64,000 nucleotides of DNA from Octopus sinensis (Eukaryota), in the NCBI RefSeq assembly GCF_006345805.1, contig NC_043010.1, positions 60,698,001 through 60,762,000 on the forward strand, written 5' to 3'. The position numbers and the translations under genes were made by a program. Below the pieces are notes generated by a model. It made no database searches. It worked only from the letters and a program-made list of their open reading frames with translations, and had not been told where the DNA came from. Shown here in pieces: positions 37,082-50,458 of this stretch; within the stretch, counting starts at the first letter, position 1; every line of letters starts with the position of its first letter.

Positions 37082-39056
37082 CTCAATTTCTCTTTCTCTC
37101 CCTCTCTATCTTTAACACACACACACACACACACACTCACAAAGAACTCGATTATATCTGAATAAGGAAAGAACATCTTTGGGTTTTATAACATTAGAGA
37201 TATCCTTTCAGGGTCACCTAAGATACTGAACAGTGTAACAAGGAAAATTTTTTTAATTCCCTTTTTGTGTCTTTTTCAATAAATTGTTAAATATGTTGTA
37301 AACATATAAACTTGGGTGTTATAGTCAGTTTGTGTCAATAAAATTTCTGTTATGGCTTCATTTTCCAAAAATGTATGCAATGGGAGATGACACTGACCCT
37401 TAAATATAGTTAATTTCCAGAACTAGAGGAGACCAGCAAAGGTTGGGAGCAAAATTATCCATTTGATAAATTCTTTTTTTTTTTTTCTGTCTAAAATATA
37501 AGATACCCTGATCTTTCTTCCTGATATTCCAACGTGTCTGAGTTGAAGAATTATCTTATTTCTAAATAACACACCATTTCTCATGTAATTCATGATCTGA
37601 TGTTGCAGCATTCTAAACAAAACAGTGAAGATGAAGATGAGGAGCAACTTGATAAAAGATAAGCCACCAAAACGTCAGAACATCTTCAGTGAAGAGACAA
37701 CAATTATAATGTTGCCGTGTTGCCCTACTAACCCTGTTGTCATTAGTTCAAACCTTGCTACAACTAACATTACGTTGTCCCCTTGAGCAAGACACCTGGC
37801 TCTACTTATTCCAAATTGCTTGGCATTCACTACAGTGAATTAATTAGCAGTTGCTAGGAGATTCAGCTCTGAAAACCATCCAACCATGAAAGAACATAAA
37901 AAAAACATGAAAGTAAAAACTAAAAAAGGATCATCTATCAATCATCCCTTGTGTTTTTTTTTTCTGTGGTTTTCTTAATATTTTTGTTTCATCTCCAATG
38001 GTTACAATGGAATAGTTTTAATAAATTAAATCCTTAGAAATATATATTCATTCCATGTACTAATGCAATAGAGTTTCATTGGTTGAACTATATTGATTAA
38101 AGGTATGTATTAGTGATTGATTAGCACTATTCATATCAAAGTTTACACTTAAATGATGTTTCTCTGTGCAACCATTCAACCGTGAAGTTTGTAGCAGGAT
38201 GGTGTGTCACCACAGAGTTATCTCCCTTGGTTAACTTGGGCCCCATAATAGTTGAGTATATATACACACATGTGTATGTGTATGGGGAACACAACGCTCG
38301 CTTTACCACTTCCTCTCTCTCACTCCTTCCTACTGCATGATTTTGGACACATGCACACACACACATATTTATATAAACAAGTATGTTAAAAACACTACAC
38401 TTGTTATTATATTAGATGTTGTTAATTGCATGTTCCCATCCTGTGTCAACTAATTCACTGACCGTGCAACTTTGCGGTATTTATCTTTAGATTACAAAAC
38501 TTATCCATTTTTAAACATCAAGGCCCTTGTTGTCACCCCTCCACCACCACCACCATCATTATCTTATTACTACAATCAGTATGACCGTTCCCTGGGGGTG
38601 AAATGTTCTTTGTAGAAATGTTGACATAATCCTCAGGTGCAGACATGACTGTGTGCTTAAAAAGCATGCTTTGCAACCACGGGCCAACCAATGCCTTGTG
38701 AGGAGATTTGGTAGGCAGAAACTGTGTGGAAATCCATTATGTTTGCACATGTGTGCAGGTGTGTTTTTGTCCCCTCTTCCCACTGCTTGACGACCAGTGT
38801 TGGTTTGTTTACATCCCTGTGATTTAGCTATTCAGCAAAAAAAAAACAACAGAATAAGTACCAGATTTTATAAATAAAGAGTGGGATTGATTTCTTCAAC
38901 TAAACCATTCAAAGCACTGCTCCAGCATGGTCATAACGTGATGATTGAAACAAGTTAAAAAAAAACAAGATAAAGATAATCCAATCAAGTGAAATAACAT
39001 TCAATAAAAAAATGATTGATCTGTCTTTGATCCATGTTTCTTCTCTGATTTTCCAG

Positions 39057-39139
39057 AAATCAATTTCACCTCAACTGTTTCTCCAGCACCACAGAATCAT
39101 CAAGAACAAGAACAACAAGCATATCTGGAACCAGTCTAA
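39057..39139 (+). CDS. PCDH: Gene C terminal coding exon (EINFTSTV...QQAYLEPV*)
   Basis: Long pyrimidine tract ending TTTTCCAG; phase-1 entry gives 27 residues then TAA; the end QQAYLEPV* parallels QDTYLQPT* of A/B. Confidence 0.75.
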
Positions 39140-40239
39140 TGTGGGACAGTGTATGTCATATTGTATGGCAGACAGTGTCCCACTTGAAGACTTGTTGAAC
39201 ATTGGTACAGCCACATACGGACAGAAAGCATTCATACCCCTCAACACCACCTATATACCACTTCTCAATATCAGTATTCATACTGAGTATGTAATAACTT
39301 TAGTTCATATATCTGTTTGTAGTGGGGAGTGGGCCAGGTGGGGATAACCAATTACAAAAAAAAAAAACAATAGCTTCTAACATTAAAGACAAAATCCACA
39401 CCAGATAAGGTAAAACAAGTCCTTATTGATATCAATATTAAGCATTTTGCCAGAATCTTAAAATCATATGGTTTGTTTCACTCACTGGAATTATCCAATC
39501 AAACCTGTCCTTATTTAGGGTCACAGGTTTAGACAACTCCTGACCAATCCTTCCAGTTTTGTTTATAAATATCAAATCATTCAGAGATGTTACTTCAGTT
39601 TCCAATTTGTTTTTCACATTTGCAAGTCTGTTGTTGCACATCACATCAAAATATATTTAGATATTCATTAACATTAAAACTATTTAGTCTGATTACTTGA
39701 AATTAATGATTTTAATCAGAAGGTACTGTATATTGAATTTTGGTTACATAATTGACTAGGGGTAAGTTTAATATAAAATTATTTGAAGAGCAATTTCAGA
39801 AATGTAAAAATAATTAGAATTCGTAAAAGAAAATTCCTGAAAATAGATAGAAAAATATAAAACCAAGAAGATAAATGTTCATATAGAATATTGTTTTGTG
39901 TTCCTTACTCTAAGAAGCTTTTGGTTCTGAAAGTTCATTACTCCTAGAGCAGAAACACTAATCTCACCAAGAAACTGTAGCAGACTATGGGCTACGATCT
40001 CCTCTTTTCTATAATTTTAATATTTAGGACTCTTGAGTAACTGGGTTCTCATATTTTTAAGACTTTTATTTATTTCTAAAGAGTTAACAACTGCTGTATG
40101 GGTATTGACCACAATAAAAAAAAAATACACAGGTATATAAACACACTAGCAGCAACAACAACACACACACACACACATTTACTTACTTCAAAATATTATT
40201 GGACACACACATGTACACAGAGAAAGTGTCAAAATCACT

Positions 40240-40488
40240 CCCACACATATTTTCACTTGAACTTATGCATGAACACCAGCTGTTACAATGGGACACAACT
40301 GCAATGGCAGTTGCACTGAAACACTACAACACCAACAGTGACACTGGAACACCACTGAAACAGCGCTATTGGACTTTAACAGCATTAGATAAACAGTAAG
40401 AGTGGGACACTCCTACATGAACAGTTACACTGCAACATTATACATGTTGATACATGTTACTATGAAAACAATGGATTACACAATGGTG
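40240..40488 (+). promoter_or_regulatory. Third leader-exon-like module; no downstream coding exon in the window
   Basis: GGATTACACAATGGTG|GTAAGA followed by (CT)n, versus GGATTAAACAATGCTG|GTAAGT in the gene B module; also CAGTAAGAGTGGGACACT versus CAGTTGGAGTGGAACACT. Confidence 0.5.
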
Positions 40489-40499
40489 GTAAGAATATA

Positions 40500-40545
<46 letters not shown>

Positions 40546-41601
40546 ATAAATATCATCAGCTTCATCATTGCTTATTGTCCGTTTTTCCATGCTATCATGG
40601 GTTGGATAGTTTCACAGAATCCTTCAAGTGACAGGGCTGCACTGAGCTCTAGGGTCAGCTTTGGTGTGGTTTCTATTGTTGAATGCCCTTCCTAACACCA
40701 ACTACTTTACAGAGTGTGGATTGGGTGCCTTTTTATGTGTCACCCCTACTAGTGAGGTCACCAAGTAACATGCAAAACAGAAAAAGAACAGGCAAAAACA
40801 AAAACAAAAAAGCTCCTACGACTAAGTGGTGGGGAGCATTTGAGAGTTGGGGGAGGTGACTTTATGCCAAATGATGAAAGACTAACTTATGATAGAGGGT
40901 CAAGCATAGGTGTGTTGCTTTAGAAGAGATACATGGCCACCATACATTATGTTGTGTGATGGGGGAAGAGGACAACAGAAAAAGAAGCAAACAGAAAAAA
41001 GAAATACAAAGACCTTACCTGTTGACCTAGGCGGGATGAGCGATCACTATCTAGAAATAAACACGTCCTTGCATGCTGCCCTCTCTGCTCTGCCCGCACG
41101 TGCTTCCTGCAGTCTTCACTTCCATCTACCTCATCTGCAATCCTCTCCACCAACACCACATAGCTCATCACAGCCCATAACACCACTAACACCACACATT
41201 ATATGGCTGTAGCTTATTCACCTTCCCAAATGAGTGATATGAGGTGGAGAGATGTGGACCAGAAAACCAAACTGTGATAGTCATTATCACCACCTTAATT
41301 GAGTTGTGATTGTTCTGAAATGTGAGACACCTTAATAAACTGTAGACAGAGAGCCATGATGGACTCTAGAACAGTATGGTATCATTGTATATACCAAAGT
41401 ATAGCTCACACTGCAAGTTTTGTCCTTATATTTAATCTCATTAAATAAGGTTAATTAGCATAGCTATTTGAGGTCTTAATGAAGTGTTCACTGCTGTTTC
41501 TAATATGGTTTAAGGTCCATATTCTTGAAGGTGGGGGGAATTTTTTAAGTGACTGGTGGGAAACAACTACAGTTTGATAAGATATAAGATTATAATATGT
41601 A

Positions 41602-42860
41602 TCGGGTTGGCAAGAAGGTAAATTTGTTTTTCACAAATAAATTTATAATTCTTTTGAATAACTTTTGTCAATGTAATGATAGTTTTTTTCTTTTTGACAT
41701 TTAATAACTGTTACTTTTAGCTTAGTTTAGAAGCAAATTGTGTGTGACTTTGTTCACAGCCATTAGTTCACTGTCAATTTTAACATGGAGTGCAACAACA
41801 AACATTTTCACCATATTTTGCTTTTTTATTTCCGCAAAGACAAGAAAGCTGCTGAAGCTCTCAAAGAGATATGGGAAGTTTGTGGTGTTGATTGCTAAAC
41901 AAAACACACATGTCAGAAATGGCTTAAAATATTCGTTTCTGGAGATTTTTCAAAGATGACCTACTGAAGTTGATGATGACCAAATCAAAGCCATAACTGA
42001 ATCTGATTGTCATATAACTGTGCGAGGGATTGCAGGGAGGTTAAATGTATCACACACAACAATTGAAAATCACTTAAAATGTCTTGGACTCGTTAAGAAG
42101 CTCAATATTTGGGTTCCACGTAAATTGAAAGAGATTCACTTAACACAACAAATTAATATTTGCGATATGTATCTCAAACACAATAAAATTGACCTTTTCT
42201 TGAAACAAATCATCACTGGTGATGAAAAATGGATTGTCTGCAATAACATCAATCGAAAACGATCATGGTCCAAGTATAATTACCAGCACAAACCACATCA
42301 AAAGCTGAGGTGCATCAAAAAAAAAGGTCATTCTGTCAATTTGGTGGTATTACAAAGGAGTTGTGTATTTTGAGCTGCTTCCAAGAAACCATATGATTAA
42401 TTCAGATGTTTACTGTCAACAGCTAATGAAACTGGAGGAAGCAATCAAAGAAAAAAACGGCCAGAATTGGCAAAATCGTAAAGGAATCGTGTTCCACCAT
42501 GGTATTGCTAGACCACATGTGTCTTTGCTAACTCATGGAAAGTTATTGGAGCTTGGTTGGGAAGTGATGTCACATCCACCATATAGCCCTGACCTTGCAC
42601 CATCAGATTACGATTTTGCAAAATTCTTTGAATGGTAAAACTTTCGATAATGATGATGACATGAAATTCCACTTGCTTCAGTTTTTGGCTGATAAGGACC
42701 AGAAGCTCTGTGAGTGCAGAATCATGAAGTTGCCAGAAAGCTGGCAAAAGGTCATCTAACAAAATAGAAATATATTATTTATTAAAGTTCATTCATTGTA
42801 TGAAAACAAATGACTTTTATATTACACTAAAAAAACAAAATTACTTTCTTGCCAACCCAA
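41602..42860 (+). mobile_element. Full-length, inactive mariner transposon
   Basis: About 30-bp imperfect TIRs (TCGGGTTGGCAAGAAGGTAAATTTGTTTT / AAAACAAAATTACTTTCTTGCCAACCCAA), TA on both sides, 1259 bp; transposase fragments WVPRKL, IITGDEKW, HPPYSPDLAPSDY. Confidence 0.93.
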
Positions 42861-43864
42861 TAATTAGAGTAGTCTTTAATGAGGATTAGATGCCTTAATC
42901 AGCAAATATTATTGGTTTCAAATTTTGGCACAAGGCCAGAACTTTCAGAGGAGGGCGCTAGTTGATTACATTGACCCAAGTGCTCAGCTTGTATTTATTT
43001 TATGTACCCCGAAAGGAAGAATGACAAAGTTGACCTCAGTGGAATTTGAACTCAGAATGTAAAAATGGACAAAATGCTGTGAAGTATTTTGCCCAGCATT
43101 TTGCTAACGATTCTGTCAGCTCACTGCCTTAATACCGCTCTCTACCATAGGCACAAGCCCTGAAATTTGGGGAGGGGACCTAATCGATTATACTGGCCCC
43201 AGTATTCAACTGGTACTTATTTCATCCATCCCAAAAGGATCAAAGGCAAGGTCAACTTCAGCAGAATTTGAACTCAGAGCATAACGATGGATGAAATGCC
43301 ACTTGGCATTTTGCTACTAAGCATTTTACTACAGTTCTGCCAGTTCTCTGCCTTCAAATGTTGTTTCATAGTATGAAACTATGGAAACACTATTTTCCAC
43401 TAAACTGAACCCCATTGTATCACAGGTAGATGATTTGGTTCCTGTTAATGACAGGTAAATTGAGGGAATGCAGAACATGGTGTTCTGAACAGAATACACA
43501 ACAAAACACCTCTGAAAGATTTGAACTACTGACCTACAGTTAAGTAATTCACCACTTTAACCACTTGGCCACTCTGTCTTTATGATATATCAACTTCTTT
43601 GATGTTATTGAAATGTGTGTAGTCTCTCAGGGAACCCCCATCATCATCATCATCATTGTTGTCGCCACCACCACCATGTATTTCCTTGTGTTTGGATGGG
43701 TTGGATAGGTCTTCCCCAGCGCAACATATCATCTCATGTCACCAGTCTCTTTTGATCTCCTTTATGAAATTCAGCCTTCTAATATCAGCCTCATTAATAC
43801 ATGCTTACAGACATATGTGTGTGTGTGTGTGTGTGTGTGCACACACACACACACACACACTCAC

Positions 43865-43905
<41 letters not shown>

Positions 43906-43984
43906 GCTCAGTGCAGTGTGGATCAACTCAGCTCTGCCCAGTCCAGTTCAGTCGCCTTCACTGTAATCACACACACATATGCAT

Positions 43985-44027
<43 letters not shown>

Positions 44028-45349
44028 CCCGTTCAGTTCAGGTCACCTCAGATCAGCCCAGCTCTCCAATAGTGGCTTTCCCTCACACACATAAACACTG
44101 AATAAGGATCTGTGATCCCACTGGAGGCCTTCCTCCTACATGGAGCTATGTTTTGTTGAGATGGAAATAAATAACAAAATGAATGAGTTAAACATTCCTG
44201 TATGTTTATCTTCATTCCTTACTCTTCCAGTTAGGGTTTGCTAGGTCTAAAAGCTCAAACATTTGCTGAACAATTATTATAGCTGTCATTAATTATCCAG
44301 CCAACCAATTAGTGCCAGAAGCTATCCTGATCAAACTTACCTATAATTAAAGTTATTCAATCCATCCATGACCATCCTATCCTTCTTCCAAAGCAGTCAA
44401 AGGACTTCTCTACAACTTCACTATTCAATGTGTCCCTCTTTCTTTTTAAGACAGTGAGGTGTAATTTCTGAAGACCTTGTTGCTATTTTTAGCAGATCAA
44501 GACACATGTAGCAACTTCCTCAATAATGTAAATACAGTAATACACTTTTTCCAAGGCTGAGGAGAATGCTAATAGCAGGGTCGGAACTCGTTAGCTGTAG
44601 GTAATTAGTCTTCTCCAATGTGTCTTTTGTAAAGTCTATTTAAGTAACTCTATTGTTAATTAACAGGTGTCACCATAATTCCCCAAAAGGACACACGGAC
44701 CCTACAAGACCCCTTTGTTATCATGATGTCATGATGGAACATGGGGAAAAGAACCTGCAAGAAATTGATATCACAGGTTTGTTGTCATTGCCATTATTAA
44801 AGTCATCATCTTCATCACCGTCGTCATCATCTTCATCACCGTCGTCATCCTCATCATCATTAGCATCTGTTTCTGTGTGTGAATATGAGTTAGATGTGAG
44901 GTGGGGAGCTGGCAGAATTGATACCATGCTTAGCAACATCTCATCCACTTTCCATTCCGAGTTCAAATGCTACAAGGATCAACTTTGCCTTTCATCTTTT
45001 TGGGGTTGGTTAGAATAAGTACCAGTTGAACACTGGGGTCAACGTAATTGACTTACCCCTCCCCCAAAACTGCTGGCCTTGTGTCAAAATATGAAAGCAA
45101 CATGGTTACTGCAGACAAAACAAAATCTTCAAATCTTCCAAAGATCTGACATATTTCATTCTTCTACAAGACTGGAATTGCCTTCAAGTCTAATCAAAAT
45201 TCCAAAGTTTTTATTATATTTTTAACTAACAGAACCAGTTAATCACCTGATGGTTTTTGATATTTAATTATGTTCTGATTACCACTGGGATTGATTTTAC
45301 TTTTAAAATAATAATAATGATAAAAATGAAATTATTGTGTATAGTGCTC

Positions 45350-45770
45350 AGGTGCACAACAACTCATCAAAGGTACTTGTATATTACATAGAATTATGTA
45401 TAAATGTCAGGAAAAGGAACAGTGTATGAGTCATGATATATATGTGTGCATGTGAATAGAAGGGGATGTCAGGTGTAGTGTTGGTGAATTTCAGGAAGCA
45501 TGGAGGTTTTAAAGGATGCAGTGTTTTGGCAACTAACAGCTGATGCAGGTAGTTTGTTCCATGCTTCAGCAATTCTGAGTGTGAAAAAATGTTTCTGAAA
45601 GTCATGGGAGCTGTGCTGTTTTCTGACTTTGTAGACATGCCCACATGAGTTAGACACATGGAGCTCAAAAAGGTGCTCAAGGTGGTGGTTGGCATGATGG
45701 TTAATAATTTTGTGGGTGTTTACCAAGTCAGTTGCCAGACGTCAGAGCTTCAATGTATCCATGCCCAGTT
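45350..45770 (-). mobile_element. CR1-like LINE 3' end fragment
   Basis: ORF 45469-45726: GHVYKVRK..HFFTLRIAEAWNKLP...ASFK matches the conserved CR1/L2 C-terminal motif. Confidence 0.75.
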
Positions 45771-46751
45771 TTTTTGCCTCTGCTTTCCTCCAGAGGTTCT
45801 TCACCTTTTACAAATATTAAAAATTGCCCTGGCCGTGTGGTTAAGAAGGCATAGTTTGTGGGAGAGCTTGATGTTATTTCTAGCAGGTCAAGAAACATGT
45901 TAAGACTGTCTCACTAAGGTACCTATGATTATACACTGTTTCCAAGGACAGTGAAATACTAATGGCAGGCTCTTTACTTCCCAACCAAGTGGTTTCAAGA
46001 TCAGTCCTGCTGTGCAATACTTTGGACTGATTCATGCTTTGTAAGTGAATTTGATAGACAGAAACTAAAAGAAGCCCATTGTGTGTGTGTGTGTGTGTGT
46101 GTGCATGCTTGTTCCCTTGTCATGATATCACCATCATATAAGTGATGTTCTTTTCCAATCTTTACCAGGAACATGTCTAGCCATGGGGGGGCAAATATGA
46201 CTGCTTGGTAACAAGTGAGAGTTGGCAACAGGAAGGGCATCCAGCCATAGAAAATCTGTCTGTACAAATTTTGTCTGACCCATGCAAGTATGAAAAAGTG
46301 GACATCAAAACTGATGATGTGTGACAGTAATCTTTATGTTTCACAGTTAATTAAGAAACTACTGTATGATAGAAACATTAGGTTTGATATGTGTTTAATT
46401 AACTATAAATAGCTTACAGTTAATTATGAATAATGAGGTTAATTTTTCACAATTAATTACAAAACCAGTAATGTTAGGTTTGATATTTGCTGTTTAATTA
46501 CCTATAGATATCTCACAGTTAATTATGGTTTATTTTATTCACAGGTGAGAAACAATAAAAGAACACCCAACACAATCAAGGAACCTATATAATGGACTTC
46601 TCACCTGCTCAGGCGCACAACAACTTGTCAGAGAGCGGCAACAAGCCAGATAAAGACAGCCCAAAGTACCTGCATAGTTTATTGGATAAAACACAAGAAC
46701 ACAGAAAAGTGGACAAAAGTAAAAGAGCTATGGAGTGGAAGGAGTGTACAT

Positions 46752-46782
<31 letters not shown>

Positions 46783-47254
46783 GGGAGTTTGGCAGTTTTC
46801 TGCCTCTTAGTGATTACTGGTTTCCTCCTGGGCCAAGAGTGTTTGCATTGATACCAGCCTGGGATGAAATCACTTTCAATTCCCATAAATTTTTATTCTA
46901 CAAATACTTGTACTGAGTTCTCTCTCTCTCCCTCAGAGGTAGTACTACTTACTCATTGTTCCTATATATATATATATATAGTTGTGTTTGTTCTATCGTA
47001 CCAATGTATATCACATGGTACTGTATTCCCCCAAAAGATTAGTGTAACTCATCACCATGTAGTAATCATATGATGTATTGTGTGTCCCATGAGAAACTTG
47101 GTTACATCTGACACCTGAGACAGACATTTCTGCGTTTCTCTCTCTGTTCTCTGCTGTCAAACTTTGCAAAAGAAATTACGAAAATTTGCATCTGATGAAC
47201 ATAGTAACAACATAAACAATTTTTGCATCTCACACACATACATTCAATGCATAG

Positions 47255-47329
<75 letters not shown>

Positions 47330-48803
47330 GTTATGTATTGAATGCTAAAACTTCAATACAACATTGGATACCATTACCACATTACACCTACATGAAACAC
47401 AATCAGCCTGCTAGAAATTGTTGCCAAAAACTTCCCTCAAATCGCATTCTATTGTCTTCTTAAATAAGGTAAGGATGCATTGGCTAATGTAGTCCTGTTC
47501 CTATCCCTAAAAAGATGTGGTGGTCATAACTGGAATGCCTTTGATTTACTCTCCTGATGAATCTCTTTAAAATTTTCAGATTATATATTTATTATTCTAG
47601 AGATTTTTACCTTTTATGATCAATAAAATGAATACCAGTCATGTACTGGGGTCAGCATAGTCAAGTAGTCCTCTCCCCCAAAATTTCAGGCCTTGTGCCT
47701 ATAATTCTAGAGATTTATCCATTTTCTGTTGCCCTGAATTAGTTTGGTGTGAAAGAAGTTTACACCAGTGTTACACGTGGAATTCTTCCATCAATTTTGG
47801 TTGTTTGTAAATAGCCGTCTCTCTTTTTTATGAGGAAAATGTCTGATATTAGCCAGAATTCCACTGTGACACTCTTCATTTTAGCAGCTTTCTATGAAAT
47901 CAAACCCTTCTTCACACCAATACACACACAAACACACACACATAGATAACCTTTTTTTATTTTGCTTTTTCTTTTTAACTACATTATTTTTACTGTTGAA
48001 TTTTTTTTTTCCAATCAATCATATTTGTGAGAATTGAAATCTATGTACTGATGTCACATGACCCTAACTGAATATGTTGTAATGTTCGATATTGATAATA
48101 TAACTAGAACATTCTAAATCACATAAACTTTAGCTTACCAAGTGCTAAATACAAAACTCCTTGTTGAGCCACATAAATGATCACAGCAACACTAAAGATA
48201 AAAGAAGTATTAAATTTCTTCAAAAATCACCTAAAATTTGACATTATTAATAAAACAACATATTTTTATCCTTTTATTTAAATTAACATGTGTTGATGTA
48301 ACTACGAATTTTCTTTTATTAATTTGGTTTAATTATCCAATTATCAAATGATTTATACTTTCAGGACCACTTACCCAAAACTATTAATCTTTCACTATTT
48401 GTTGTGGGTCGTTGTTTTCATTTTTTTTTTCTTTTCAAAGTGCCAGCGGGCAGTGGGTACATGCATCTGTCCCCTCTTCCATGTTGTATAGATACCCAGG
48501 ACAGCTACACCCCGGGTTACATTTGGTGTCTTCATGCAAAACGTTTTAATATCAAAGAAGTATTTTTGCCATTGCTTCCCTGATTCCTCCCAACATTCAC
48601 ACCATATTTAATCTGAAATAAGTAACACTGCGACCAATAAACCATTAACTGTCATTCATTTGGTTTTGTTTCTTTCAAAACAGATTCCACCTGAAAGAAA
48701 ATATATTGCAAAGAACAAAAGAACCAAAAAAAGTTACACGCTTTCCAATTCATTCATGTAACTAAATGCCATTTGTACAGCAGTGTAAATAATTAATGTG
48801 CTA

Positions 48804-48886
<83 letters not shown>

Positions 48887-50191
48887 CAATCTCTGAAATA
48901 TCCAAGATAAAACATTGCCCTTATAATAAGCTCCACTGTTGGTTTACCTAATCTCAATCCTTGGCTTGCTTCTAACATGGATCCCACACTAGTTCATAAT
49001 TCTTCACTACCCCTTTCAACTGTGATATCAAGACAAATGTTTTAATTATTATCACTTTTTTTTTTCAGTTTATACGTATGCATGTGTGTCTGTGAGAAAG
49101 AGAGTGAATGGCAGTATGTATGTGTGTTTGTGTGTGTGTGTGAGAGAGAGAGAGGAAGAAGTAGTGTGTGTGTGTGTGTGTGTGTTTTTATATGTGTGTC
49201 TTTGATTAAACAAAAAGTAAAAAGCAAAACAAAAAAAAAATTGAGCACAACTTTTATTTTTTCTTCTCTGCACATCTGGCTTTTCTTCCTTTGGTTCAGT
49301 TCCACAGCTTCTGATTATTGTACAGACACACAGACAGACATCAAGGCTGACATACAGAACGTAAACACTTAGGTACATTTAACCATACACACTGTATTTC
49401 TGTGTGTATATATAATATATATGCTTATAGTTGTTTTATACCTTATTATTGTGTACCCATGTCTTTGCATGTCTCTATAGATGTATATATAATGTGAGTG
49501 TATATATATATTTTTTTGCATATATGTTTTCTCATGTATGTCTTTGTCTATCTATCGTTATATATGTATGTGTATGTATTTAATAACTGTATATCAAGTT
49601 ATATGTATTTATGTGTTTGAATGTGTATATGTGTGCATTTATAAACTTGAGTATGTTTAAATACACACATCAACAACTATACAGATACAACATACAATTT
49701 AATGCGTGTATATGCATGTACTTATCAACTGAAATATCTTCAAATAAACACCTCTACAACTATATGTATACATCCGCTTAATCTATAAACACTTGTGTAT
49801 TCATACTTTTTGTTTTCCCAATAACAATGTAATCCATGTTGTATCAATGATTTTGTCCGATTGAATCCCGATGTCACTGACATCAACCAATCTGATCAAC
49901 GTTTGGTCTTTCAGTGTTGCAGTCTTATCAGTTGCCAACCAATAAAATGATTGCTTTAATTAAATACACCTATCTTTTATACTATTCTCGCCTCATATAC
50001 CCCCCTAACCCCAACCCCAACCTACCTACCCTGCAGGAGGACAGTGTTGCCATAACCTTCGACAAAGAATCATTGTAAATAAAAAATTCTTTTTGATCCT
50101 ATAATATTGTCTCAAACTCAGAAGGTTATTTTCTCCTGCTCTCTTAGTATTCCTTGCTTAATAATACCATATATATGTGTGTGTGTATGTG

Positions 50192-50225
<34 letters not shown>

Positions 50226-50234
50226 TATATACAT

Positions 50235-50348
<114 letters not shown>

Positions 50349-50410
50349 ATGTGTATATACATACATATATGTATGTATAATACTATATCTGTATTTATGT
50401 GTGTATGTAT

Positions 50411-50458
<48 letters not shown>

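Noticed and set aside
37609-37790. Possible extra gene C exon (TGTTGCAG acceptor, EDEDEEQ-like frame)
   Set aside because: Phase-1 entry hits TAA after two codons and no good donor is present; 39057 fits the paralogous terminal exon much better.
42944-42962. CTCF-like CAGAGGAGGGCGCTAG
   Set aside because: Lies in the variable G-rich tail of a family-A SINE; single occurrence.
50000-50030. Telomere-like CCCTAACCCCAACC
   Set aside because: Only one true unit; not an array.
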